DNA from: Nitrospirota bacterium
GTDB lineage: Bacteria; Nitrospirota; Thermodesulfovibrionia; Thermodesulfovibrionales; JdFR-85
Length of the DNA stretch: 51,071 nt
Direction: 5' to 3'
NCBI GenBank assembly: GCA_015492515.1
Contig: WGEZ01000114.1
Coordinates: forward strand, 1 to 51,071
Shown in pieces: positions 21,495 through 29,529 of the stretch; within the stretch, counting starts at the first letter, position 1, and every line of letters begins with the position of its first letter. The position numbers and the translations under genes were made by a program. The notes under the pieces were generated by a model that was not told the origin of the DNA, did no database searches, and worked only from the letters and a program-made list of their open reading frames with translations.

Positions 21495-23197
21495 CCCCTC
21501 CTCTGCAGAAAGAATATGAAGACATCCTCCATCGGAGGCCTTATTCTCCTGAGATAGTGGCAAGCGGTGCCGGTGGAGTCCAGGACCGCCTTGATCTCCT
21601 CTTCCCTCAGCCCCTTCTTCCAGAGGTGGTAACGCCTCCCGAAGGGGGTCACCGATATCCCCCTCGAGGTGAAGAGACCTCCCTCCAGGGGGCTCTCCGG
21701 GTAGAGCTCGTAGACCTCACCCTGGGACTCCCGGAATGCGGCCTTCAGGTTCTCCGGTGAGTCCAGGGCTATCACCCTCCCCTCGTTCATTATGGCGATC
21801 CTGTCGCAGAAGTCGGCCTCCACCAGGTTGTGGGTGGTGACGATCACGGTCATGCCGAGCCTCTCCGAGAGCCTCCTGATGAACTGCCAGAAGGACCTCC
21901 TTGCGACAGGGTCGACCCCCGAGGTGGGTTCATCCAGAAAGAGTACGGCCGGGAGGTTCAGTGTTGCACAACCGAGGGCCAGCCGCTGCTTCATCCCCAG
22001 GGGAAGCCTCTTCACGATCGTCCTCTCCATCCCTGTCAGCCCGGACACATCGAGCACCCACCCCATCCTCTCCCTCAGCTCGGCGCCCTTGACACCGTAG
22101 AGGGTGCCGTAGAGCTCGATGTTCTCCCTCACCGAGAGGTCGCCGTAGAGGGAGAAGGTCTGGGACATGTAGCCGATCTTCTGCTTGAGCTCCGGGCTTC
22201 CCGGTCTCAGACCGGTTACGGTGATGGTCCCGCTGTCCGGCCTCAGGAGGCCTATCATGCACTTTATGAGTGTGGTCTTTCCAGCCCCGTTCGGACCGAG
22301 GAGACCGAAGACCTCACCCTGCCCTATGGAGAGTTCAATACCGTCGAGGGCCTTGAAGGAGTCGAAGTACTTGCTCACACCCTCCACACTGATCGCCGCG
22401 GGGTCACCGCCGTTCACCCTCGCGCTGAAGGGTATCTCCTGTACCGGCAGCTCCCGGCCTCCGAGGAGCATCTCGAAGAAGGCCTCCTCGAGGCCCTTCT
22501 CCCTCTCCATCAGCTCCTCGGGGTGGCCGGAGAAGATCACCCCTCCTGCCTCGAGGAAGACCACGGCATGGCATCTCTCGGCCTCGTCCATGTAGGACGT
22601 GCCGAGCAGGACCGTGGTACCGGATCGGGCGACGAAGTCGTTCAGGATCTCCCAGAGCTGCCGCCTCGAGAGGGGGTCGATGCCCGTGGAGGGCTCGTCC
22701 AGCAGCAGGACCTCGGGCCCTGACACGAGGGAGCAGCAGATGCCCAGTTTCTGCTTCATACCGCCGGAGAGGTGCCTTGCAAGCCTCCGCCTGAAGGGTG
22801 CAAGCCCCGTGGCCTCGAGCAGGCGGTCCTTCAGCGGGTCCCTCCTCCCGGGCGGCACGTCCTTGATGGCGGCGAAGAAGTCTATGTTCTCCTCCACGGA
22901 GAGTTCCATGTAGAGGTTCTGGCCGATGCCCTGGGGCATGTAGCTGAGCCTGTCCTTTATCCTCTCGCACTCCTTGCCGAGGTCCGTGCCCATGAACTCC
23001 GCCCTCCCCTCGAAGCTCAATACACCCGAGCATATCTTCAGCAGGGTGCTCTTGCCGGAGCCGTCGGGGCCGATGATGCCCGTGATCTCCGAGGGCATCA
23101 CCTCGAGATCTATCCCCCGGAGCACCTGGAGCCCCTTGAACCTCTTCGAGACACCCCTGAACACTATTATAGGGGGACCTTCAGTCCTTTGTTTCAC
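21491..23197 (-). CDS. ABC transporter ATP-binding protein with two fused NBDs (YbhF-like)
   Basis: 568 aa. Two Walker A motifs (GPDGSGKST, GPNGAGKTT), two LSGGMKQ/LPLGMKQ signature motifs and two Walker B motifs. Confidence 0.9.
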   Translation of the reverse strand: MKQRTEGPPIIVFRGVSKRFKGLQVLRGIDLEVMPSEITGIIGPDGSGKSTLLKICSGVLSFEGRAEFMGTDLGKECERIKDRLSYMPQGIGQNLYMELSVEENIDFFAAIKDVPPGRRDPLKDRLLEATGLAPFRRRLARHLSGGMKQKLGICCSLVSGPEVLLLDEPSTGIDPLSRRQLWEILNDFVARSGTTVLLGTSYMDEAERCHAVVFLEAGGVIFSGHPEELMEREKGLEEAFFEMLLGGRELPVQEIPFSARVNGGDPAAISVEGVSKYFDSFKALDGIELSIGQGEVFGLLGPNGAGKTTLIKCMIGLLRPDSGTITVTGLRPGSPELKQKIGYMSQTFSLYGDLSVRENIELYGTLYGVKGAELRERMGWVLDVSGLTGMERTIVKRLPLGMKQRLALGCATLNLPAVLFLDEPTSGVDPVARRSFWQFIRRLSERLGMTVIVTTHNLVEADFCDRIAIMNEGRVIALDSPENLKAAFRESQGEVYELYPESPLEGGLFTSRGISVTPFGRRYHLWKKGLREEEIKAVLDSTGTACHYLRRIRPPMEDVFIFFLQRRG

Positions 23198-23256
23198 ACA
23201 CGGACTCCTAACAGGCCGATCATATGACAGAGCGCTGAGCCGTGAGAGACCAGCGG

Positions 23257-24363
23257 CTAATCCCGGACCCTGAACCTCACGTCCACCGGCATCCCCTTCT
23301 TCAGCACCTCCCTTACGGTCTTTCCACCGGCTATGGGTGCGGTGCTCCCGTTGAAGCAGATCTTGACCCCGAAGACCTGCTTCACCCTCTCTTCGCGTGA
23401 CTGGACCTCCTTCGGCGTGAACTCAGCCCTGTCGGAGATATGGCATATGTAGCCGGTGAGCGGCTGTCCGGGATAGGCGTCGGTGAAGACCTCCGCCTCC
23501 ATCTCCAGGCGGAGCCTTCCGATGTAGGCTTCCGGGACGAAGGTCTTCACATGGATGCTTTCAGGGTTGATCATCACCCCCACGACCCCGCCTCCCGGCA
23601 GCACCTCGCCGGGCTCGGCAACCCTCCTGAGGACCACCCCGTCCAGGGGCGCGACGACCCTTGTATAACCGAGGTTTATCTCCACCTGCTTGAGGGACTC
23701 CCTGAGCCGCTCCAGGGATTTCTTCATTGCCAGGAGCTCCTTCTCCTTTGCCGCCAGGAGGTCGTCGCCCGCCTCGGCCTTCTTGAGCATTATCTCGGCC
23801 TTCTCCACCTCTTTCTCCGCGGCGTTCACGTCCTCTTCGGAGAGCCTGTAGGCGAGCCTCACGGAGTCGTACCTCTGCGGAGGCACGGCTCCCTTCTTCA
23901 GTAGATTGGCGTATCTGCGGAACTCCCTCTCAGCGTTCTCCTTCTTCGCCTCCGCCTGTCTGAGCCGTGCCTTTGCGATGGAGAGGGCCTTCTCGGCCTC
24001 CTCGACGGTGTGCCTGACGTTGCTCGCCGTGTACCTGAGGTTGAATTCTGCGGCATCGACCCTGTCGGCGAGTTCCTCGATCCCCCTCAGGAGCTCCCTC
24101 CTCCTGGAGCGCAACTCCTCATCCTCGATCACGGCGACGGTATCACCCCTTCTCACCTCGGCACCATCCGCTATGAGGACCTCCCTCAGCCTGCCGGGGA
24201 TCCTCACGGCCAGCTCGATCTCCGTGGCCTCGACCCTGCCGCTCACCGTCAGGTACCTCTTCTCGGACCGCCTCACGCGGGGCAGTCCGTACAGGAGGGC
24301 GGCGATCAACAGGAGGAGGGCTCCGAGAAACAGGAGTCTCTTACGTCCGGGGGAGGCCATCAT
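23257..24363 (-). CDS. HlyD-family periplasmic adaptor (YbhG-like)
   Basis: 368 aa. N-terminal TM segment, coiled-coil hairpin, and beta-barrel region (YTRVVAPLDGVV). Confidence 0.85.
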   Translation of the reverse strand: MMASPGRKRLLFLGALLLLIAALLYGLPRVRRSEKRYLTVSGRVEATEIELAVRIPGRLREVLIADGAEVRRGDTVAVIEDEELRSRRRELLRGIEELADRVDAAEFNLRYTASNVRHTVEEAEKALSIAKARLRQAEAKKENAEREFRRYANLLKKGAVPPQRYDSVRLAYRLSEEDVNAAEKEVEKAEIMLKKAEAGDDLLAAKEKELLAMKKSLERLRESLKQVEINLGYTRVVAPLDGVVLRRVAEPGEVLPGGGVVGVMINPESIHVKTFVPEAYIGRLRLEMEAEVFTDAYPGQPLTGYICHISDRAEFTPKEVQSREERVKQVFGVKICFNGSTAPIAGGKTVREVLKKGMPVDVRFRVRD

Positions 24364-24435
24364 GGGCCATATTTTACCATATACCGATCGGCTCCCACCG
24401 TCTGCCGCTGGGGAGAAGGGCGGGTTGCAGGGCTG

Positions 24436-25344
24436 TCAGCCCTCGAGGAGGGCCCTGACAAACTCCTCGGGAACGAAGTCCCTCAGGTCCTCATCCCCCT
24501 CGCCCACACCTATCAACCTTACCGGGATGTTCAGCTCCTTCTTGATGGCGAAGATGATCCCTCCCCTGGCGGTACCGTCAAGCTTCGTCAGGGCGATCCC
24601 TGTCACCCCGATCGCCTCGTCGAACATCCTCGCCTGTCTGAGGGCGTTCTGACCCGTTGTGGCATCGACGGTGAGGAGGGTCTCATGAGGGGCGCCCGGC
24701 ATGGATTTCTGGATCACCCTCTTCACCTTCTTCAGCTCCTCCATCAGGGGGGTCTTTGTATGGAGCCGTCCCGCGGTATCGACCATCACCACGTCCACTC
24801 CCCTCGCCTTTGCGGCCTCTACCGCATCGTAGGCGACTGCAGCCGGGTCGGAGCCGCTCTGGTGTTTCACTATCTGGGCACCGGACCTCTCCGCCCATAT
24901 CTGGAGCTGCTCTATCGCCGCGGCCCTGAAGGTGTCGGATGCGGCCATTATGACGCTGTGCCCCTCTGAGGTGAGCCTCTTCGCTATCTTGCCTATGGTC
25001 GTGGTCTTCCCCACACCGTTGACGCCGACGCAGAGGACGACGAAGGGCCGCTCCTGATACAGGACGAAGGGCTGGGGAAGACCCAGGATGGCGAGCATCT
25101 CCCTCCTGAGGAACTCCTTCACATCGTTGTAGTCCCTCAACCTTCCGCTCTCCGCCTCTGCCCTCAGGTGGTCGATGATCTCCACCGTCGCCGCGGTCCC
25201 CACGTCAGAGGTTATGAGTATCTCCTCGAACCGCTCGATTACGGCCTCATCGACCCCTCCACCCCTGAAGACCTGCTCGATCGGGCCGATGAACCCCCTT
25301 CTCGTCTTCTGCAGTCCCTCCTTCAGTCTGTCGAACAGTCCCAT
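24436..25344 (-). CDS. ftsY: Signal recognition particle receptor FtsY (short form, NG domain only)
   Basis: 302 aa. GVNGVGKTTTIGK, DTAGRLH, TKLDGTARGG. Confidence 0.95.
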   Translation of the reverse strand: MGLFDRLKEGLQKTRRGFIGPIEQVFRGGGVDEAVIERFEEILITSDVGTAATVEIIDHLRAEAESGRLRDYNDVKEFLRREMLAILGLPQPFVLYQERPFVVLCVGVNGVGKTTTIGKIAKRLTSEGHSVIMAASDTFRAAAIEQLQIWAERSGAQIVKHQSGSDPAAVAYDAVEAAKARGVDVVMVDTAGRLHTKTPLMEELKKVKRVIQKSMPGAPHETLLTVDATTGQNALRQARMFDEAIGVTGIALTKLDGTARGGIIFAIKKELNIPVRLIGVGEGDEDLRDFVPEEFVRALLEG

Positions 25345-25351
25345 CGGTCTC

Positions 25352-25783
25352 CTAAAAATACCTCGCTCCCTTTCTCAGTTCAGCTGTATCGATACGGTAC
25401 TCGTTGCCCGTCAGCTTCCCCTTCAACGGTATCGGATAGCAGCTTCCGATCCCGGTCTTGAGGGAGTCCATGGGGTATCTCACGTTACAGGCCTTGCAGA
25501 CGAGGTGGAACCCCTCGACTCGGTACCCTTTCTTCTGGCCGTAGCACTTCGTGCAGGCGTCGAGGTAAGACTCCACGGAGCCGTTGATCTTCACCACGAA
25601 GAAGCTCACCCTCTTCTTTCCCACTCTGTAGGTGTAGAACCTCGGTTTCGCGTCCTGGAGCGATCCGGCATCAACGACGACCACGTCACCCCTGACGACC
25701 GGCGGCTCATATGAAGGCCTCGAGTCGCAGGACGACAGGATCAGAAAGAGCAAGAACGCAAGACACTTAGAAGGGAGATTCAT
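25352..25783 (-). CDS. Lipoprotein with a CxxC...CxxC domain (DUF2318-like)
   Basis: 143 aa. Lipobox ILSSC, DACTKCYGQKKGY...LVCKACNVRY...GSCYPIPL. The family assignment is from memory of the DUF2318 pattern. Confidence 0.55.
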   Translation of the reverse strand: MNLPSKCLAFLLFLILSSCDSRPSYEPPVVRGDVVVVDAGSLQDAKPRFYTYRVGKKRVSFFVVKINGSVESYLDACTKCYGQKKGYRVEGFHLVCKACNVRYPMDSLKTGIGSCYPIPLKGKLTGNEYRIDTAELRKGARYF

Positions 25784-25823
25784 CTCTCTCGTTCCGGGCT
25801 TCCGGACTCCCGAGCGGCTGCGC

Positions 25824-26705
25824 CTAAGGGATGACCTTGTTCAGCTGGTACTCCACGATCCCGGTGGCTCCGGCCTCCTTCAGCTTCGGGATCAGGTCCC
25901 TTACGAGCCGTTCCTCTATGACCACATCGATATCATACCAGCCCTCCACGGTGAGGGCTGCAATGGTCGGTGAATGCATGGCCGGCAGGAGGGAGAGGAC
26001 CTTCTTCAGGGACTTCTCCGGCACGTTCATCTTCATGCCCACCCTCTCCTCGGCCTCGAGCGCGCCCCTCAGCAGCATCACGAGGTCTTCCATCTTCTGC
26101 CTCTTCCAGCGGTCCTTCCAGGACTTCCTGTTGGCGATGAAGACCGTGCTCGATACCAGGACGGTCTCGATCTCCCGGAGCTTGTTGGCCCTGAGGGACA
26201 TGCCCGTCTCGGTGAGCTCCACTATCGCATCCGCGAGGTGCGGCGGCTTTATCTCCGTTGCTCCCCATGAGAAGTCGACCGTCGCCTTTATCCCCTTCGA
26301 CTTCAGATACCGCTTCGTGTACCCCACCAGCTCGGTGGCTATCCTCTTGCCGTTGAGGTCCTTGACGCTCTTTATCTTCGAGTCCTCCGGCACGGCGATG
26401 ACCCACCTCACGGGCCTCAGCCCCTCCTTGGCATACCTCAGTTCCGTCACCTTCTTGACGTCGGCGTTCTGCTCGAGGACCCAGTCATACCCGGTAAGGC
26501 CGCAGTCGAGGATCCCGTACTCCACGTACCTCGCCATCTCCTGGGCCCTTATCAACATCGGCTGTATCTCGGCTGCGTCGATAGCGGGGTAGTAGGAGCG
26601 CGGTGTCACGCTGATGTGATAACCCGCCTTCCTGAAGAGCTTCAGCGTCGATTCCTGGAGGCTCCCCTTCGGAAGACCGAGTCTGAGTACATTCCTTTCA
26701 GGCAT
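25824..26705 (-). CDS. hisG: ATP phosphoribosyltransferase, long form
   Basis: 293 aa. [31 protein letters not shown], and a C-terminal regulatory domain is present. Confidence 0.9.
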   Translation of the reverse strand: MPERNVLRLGLPKGSLQESTLKLFRKAGYHISVTPRSYYPAIDAAEIQPMLIRAQEMARYVEYGILDCGLTGYDWVLEQNADVKKVTELRYAKEGLRPVRWVIAVPEDSKIKSVKDLNGKRIATELVGYTKRYLKSKGIKATVDFSWGATEIKPPHLADAIVELTETGMSLRANKLREIETVLVSSTVFIANRKSWKDRWKRQKMEDLVMLLRGALEAEERVGMKMNVPEKSLKKVLSLLPAMHSPTIAALTVEGWYDIDVVIEERLVRDLIPKLKEAGATGIVEYQLNKVIP

Positions 26706-26942
26706 ACAGGCTCCTTTTCATTATGAACATATAACCCGGGTTCAGCGATGACTGCCGTTAGCTGTCTTCGTCAACCTCTCTTGTCGCTTGATTTTGAATA
26801 ACTATTATATCAGAACGGACGGACAAAGTGAAAACGGGAGCCGGGGCTCGGCTTTCCGGCCCTTTGAGCCCTGATCTTCCTTGACAGGGGATCTGCCGTT
26901 ATGTTGTATTATCTGGTGAGCCTCTTCAGCGGAAACGTCGGG

Positions 26943-27548
26943 ATGTATAGAAGGGTCCACTCATACCTCTCTTTGCTTCTTCTGCTCTTTGTGGCAGGCT
27001 GCGGCCAGGCCCCGTCGAGGCCGATGAACCTCGAGGCCGTCGCCCTCTCTGCAACGGAGATCAGCCTCACCTGGGATGCCTCCGAGGACGACAGCGGAGT
27101 GGTCACCTACAAGGTCTACAGGGACGGTGAGTTCATAATGTACTCGTCCGAGACCACCGTGACCGACAGCGGTCTGCAGCCCTTGACCGAGTACTGCTAC
27201 ACCGTTCAGGCCTATGACATGGGATGGCTCAAGTCAGAAGAGAGCAACACCGCCTGCGCCACCACGCTCGCCGACACCGATCCACCCTCAGCCCCTCAGA
27301 ACCTCACCGTCACCGCCGTCACCTCCACGGAGGTGAGCCTCGAGTGGGACCCTTCAACGGACAACGTAGCCGTTACCGGCTACAACCTCTACAGGGACGG
27401 GGTGCTGATCCTCACCGTCGAGGAGACGACCGCCACGGACACGGGCCTCACACCCTCGACCGAGTACTGCTACACGGTGGAGGCCTTCGACGAGGCCGGA
27501 AACACCTCTGAGCCGAGCGGGGAGGTCTGCGTATCCACTGAGGCCTGA
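26943..27548 (+). CDS. Lipoprotein with two tandem fibronectin type III domains
   Basis: MYRRVHSYLSLLLLLFVAGC (lipobox VAGC), then two FN3 units (PMNLEAVALSATEISLTWDAS... and PQNLTVTAVTSTEVSLEWDPS...), each with TEYCYTV. The track ORF starts at 26901; I prefer 26943 for signal-peptide geometry. Confidence 0.75.
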   Translation: MYRRVHSYLSLLLLLFVAGCGQAPSRPMNLEAVALSATEISLTWDASEDDSGVVTYKVYRDGEFIMYSSETTVTDSGLQPLTEYCYTVQAYDMGWLKSEESNTACATTLADTDPPSAPQNLTVTAVTSTEVSLEWDPSTDNVAVTGYNLYRDGVLILTVEETTATDTGLTPSTEYCYTVEAFDEAGNTSEPSGEVCVSTEA

Positions 27549-27575
27549 GGCCGGCGTCCGGTGCCGAAGACATGA

Positions 27576-27609
27576 GGATAATGCGGGCGGACACGGCTGG
27601 TCATCCCCT
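27576..27609. repeat. Direct repeat copy 1 (GGATAATGCGGGCGGACACGGCTGGTCATCCCCT)
   Basis: About 30 of 34 positions match copy 2, which begins 72 bp downstream (two 1-nt indels, two substitutions). Confidence 0.7.
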
Positions 27610-27647
27610 CCTTGATTCTCTCGGACTCCCGTATGAGATTGAGACGG

Positions 27648-27679
27648 GGATATGCGGCGGACATGGCTGATCATCCCCT
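27648..27679. repeat. Direct repeat copy 2 (GGATATGCGGCGGACATGGCTGATCATCCCCT)
   Basis: See copy 1. On the minus strand both copies read (G)GGGGATGA(C/T)CAGCC(G/A)TGTCCGCC, i.e. an SD-like run followed by ATG. Confidence 0.7.
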
Positions 27680-27736
27680 GGCCGGGCGAGGGGCGCTCGC
27701 TCGAAGGAGAAAGCCTTCGGCGCTCCTGGCTCGGCC
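27680..27736 (+). other. Long imperfect hairpin (about 20 bp of pairing, loop AGAAAG)
   Basis: GGCCGGGCGAGGGGCGCTCGCTCGAAGG-AGAAAG-CCTTCGGCGCTCCTGGCTCGGCC. Paired blocks of 5+2+3+4+6 bp with three mismatches and a 5-nt bulge. Confidence 0.5.
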
Positions 27737-27743
27737 TCCGCAG

Positions 27744-27772
27744 CGCCTCCCCGGTGGACGGCGAAAGTTTTT
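27744..27772 (+). terminator. Possible intrinsic terminator of the FN3 lipoprotein transcript
   Basis: CGCCTCC-CCGGT-GGAcGGCG stem-loop followed by AAAG TTTTT. Lies immediately upstream of the next promoter's -35. Confidence 0.35.
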
Positions 27773-27774
27773 CC

Positions 27775-27803
27775 TTGTATTTAACAATAAACTTGTGTAT
27801 AAT
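27775..27803 (+). promoter_or_regulatory. Sigma70-type promoter positioned for a leaderless transcript of the B12-rSAM gene
   Basis: TTGTAT (27775..27780), 17 nt spacer, TATAAT (27798..27803), then only TAACC before ATG 27809. No SD is possible. Confidence 0.5.
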
Positions 27804-27808
27804 TAACC

Positions 27809-29218
27809 ATGACCATCAGGAAGATCTCCTTCATCGAGGCGCGCTCCCCCGGGGCCCACGTCTTCAGCAAATTCCCCATCCCGAGGCTTGGTGCGGTGCT
27901 CCTTTCCACCATCCTGAAGGAGAGGGGCTACGAGGTGAGGGCCTTCATCGAGGACGTGGCCGAGCCTGACTGGTCCTATGTGGAGGACTCCGACCTTGTG
28001 TGCATATCAACGATCACCCCGACGGCCGTAAGGGCCTTCGAGATAGGAGACCGGGTGCGGGCGAAGGGGATACCCGTCGTGATGGGCGGTGCACACCCCT
28101 CCTTCATGCCCGATGAGGCCCTGGAGCATGCAGACTACGTGGTGCGCGGAGAGGGGGATTACACCCTCCCCGAGCTCGTCGATCATCTCACGAAGGGAAC
28201 ACCGGGCATCTCCTCGATAAACGGACTCTCCTACAGGGGCAGCGACGGCGGGGTGAGGAACAACCCCCCGAGACCCCTCCTTGAGGACCTCGACAGCCTC
28301 CCCGAGCCCGACTTCTCGCTCGTCCACGGCTGGAGCTCCTCCAACCTCTATCCCGTCTCCACATCGAGGGGCTGTCCCTTCGACTGCCGCTTCTGTTCGG
28401 TGATCCAGATGTTCGGCAGGAAGTACAGGTTCAAGTCCCTGGAGGTGGCACTCAAGGAGATAAGGACTGCCGCTTCCTTCACCAAGCGCAGCATCTTCTT
28501 CGTGGATGACAACTTTGCAGCCAACAAACAGAGGACGAAGGTCCTGCTGAAGAGCATGCTCGCCGAAGGGATAAAGACGGAATGGAACGCACAGGTGAGG
28601 ACCGACGTAGCGAAGGACCCCGAGCTGCTCCGCCTCATGGCGGACTCCGGATGTTTCACCACCCATATCGGCTTCGAGTCCGTCAATCCCAGGACCCTGA
28701 ACCTCTACAACAAGCGGCAGGGCCTGAAGGAGATAGTGGAGTGCATAAAGGCGGTCAAGGACCACGGCATGAGGATTCACGGCATGTTCGTCCTCGGGGC
28801 CGACACCGACGACGTGAGCACCATAAGGGAGACCGCTGATTTCGCCATCAGACTCGGTATAGACACCGTGCAGTTCGTGATGCTCACACCCCTGCCGGGC
28901 ACCCCCTTCTTCTTCGAGATGAGGGACGCGGGCAGGCTGCTCCATACGGACTGGAGCAAGTACGACGCCCACCACGTCGTCTTCAACCCGAAGCTGATGT
29001 CACCCCAGACCCTCCAGATAGAGACCCTCAAGGCGATGGGCAGGTTTTATTCATGGAAGTACATATTCAAGCACCTTGCGAAGCTCGACCTCTTTTATGC
29101 CGGCCTCGGGCTTTACGGCAAGAAGGCGATCAAGAAGGCCTTCAAGGAGACAAGGGAGTACATCGAGGCCCTGGGCCTGCAGGATATCCCCATCGTGGAC
29201 GGCTCCCTCCACCCGTGA
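27809..29218 (+). CDS. Cobalamin (B12)-binding domain radical SAM protein (class B)
   Basis: 469 aa. N-terminal B12-binding Rossmann-like region (LGAVLLSTILKERGYEVRAF...VCISTITP...VVMGGAHPS) and the radical SAM core STSRGCPFDCRFCS. Confidence 0.9.
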   Translation: MTIRKISFIEARSPGAHVFSKFPIPRLGAVLLSTILKERGYEVRAFIEDVAEPDWSYVEDSDLVCISTITPTAVRAFEIGDRVRAKGIPVVMGGAHPSFMPDEALEHADYVVRGEGDYTLPELVDHLTKGTPGISSINGLSYRGSDGGVRNNPPRPLLEDLDSLPEPDFSLVHGWSSSNLYPVSTSRGCPFDCRFCSVIQMFGRKYRFKSLEVALKEIRTAASFTKRSIFFVDDNFAANKQRTKVLLKSMLAEGIKTEWNAQVRTDVAKDPELLRLMADSGCFTTHIGFESVNPRTLNLYNKRQGLKEIVECIKAVKDHGMRIHGMFVLGADTDDVSTIRETADFAIRLGIDTVQFVMLTPLPGTPFFFEMRDAGRLLHTDWSKYDAHHVVFNPKLMSPQTLQIETLKAMGRFYSWKYIFKHLAKLDLFYAGLGLYGKKAIKKAFKETREYIEALGLQDIPIVDGSLHP

Positions 29219-29529
29219 AGAAGAGAGACCTCACCGAGGTCATCTGCAGGAGACACTGCCAGTATTACAAGGAAGGCAAGGAGGACCTGCTCTGCGGGAC
29301 CTACCGCTACCTTATGGAGGAGTGCCGGGCTGATCTGCTGAGGACCGTCCCCGGCTCCCTCACCCCTGATTTCTCCGAGGACACCTTCATACTTGATGAG
29401 ATATGCAGCAGGTGCGACTTCTACGCGGACGGCTGCGAGTTCAGGCAGGGGGGCTCAGCCCTTCCATGCGGAGGCTACGCGGTTGTCGAGTGGCTGAGGA
29501 GGGGAGAGAGGGGACAGCCCTCGCACTGA
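29215..29529 (+). CDS. Cysteine-rich small protein (104 aa, 8 Cys), translationally coupled to the B12-rSAM gene
   Basis: GTG 29215 overlaps the rSAM stop (GTGA). Sequence: VKKRDLTEVICRRHCQYYKEGKEDLLCGTYRYLMEECRADLL...EICSRCDFYADGCEFRQGGSALPCGGYAVVEWL. Codon choice (AGG, AAG, GAG, ATA, GC-rich third positions) looks like neighbouring genes. No competing ORF covers 29215..29475. Confidence 0.55.
   Translation: MKKRDLTEVICRRHCQYYKEGKEDLLCGTYRYLMEECRADLLRTVPGSLTPDFSEDTFILDEICSRCDFYADGCEFRQGGSALPCGGYAVVEWLRRGERGQPSH

Noticed and set aside
26881-26912. TTGACA at 26881 as the promoter for the FN3 lipoprotein gene
   Set aside because: The best -10 candidate (TATTAT, 26907..26912) is 20 nt away, which is too long a spacer. 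The hexamer at the 17-nt spacing (TTGTAT) lacks the key A2. Left unannotated.
27558-27571. 14-nt identity CCGGTGCCGAAGAC shared with 32321..32334, both in non-coding spacers
   Set aside because: Several 14-mer coincidences are expected by chance in 51 kb of biased sequence. The flanks do not extend the match, and the orientation relative to the neighbouring genes differs. Worth a whole-genome word count but not reportable as an element.
27727-27741. Sigma54-like spacing TGGCTC-N5-CCGC downstream of the direct repeats
   Set aside because: The GG and GC are correctly spaced, but the -12 element TTGC is CCGC. No enhancer-binding protein gene is nearby, and a good sigma70 promoter lies 35 nt downstream.
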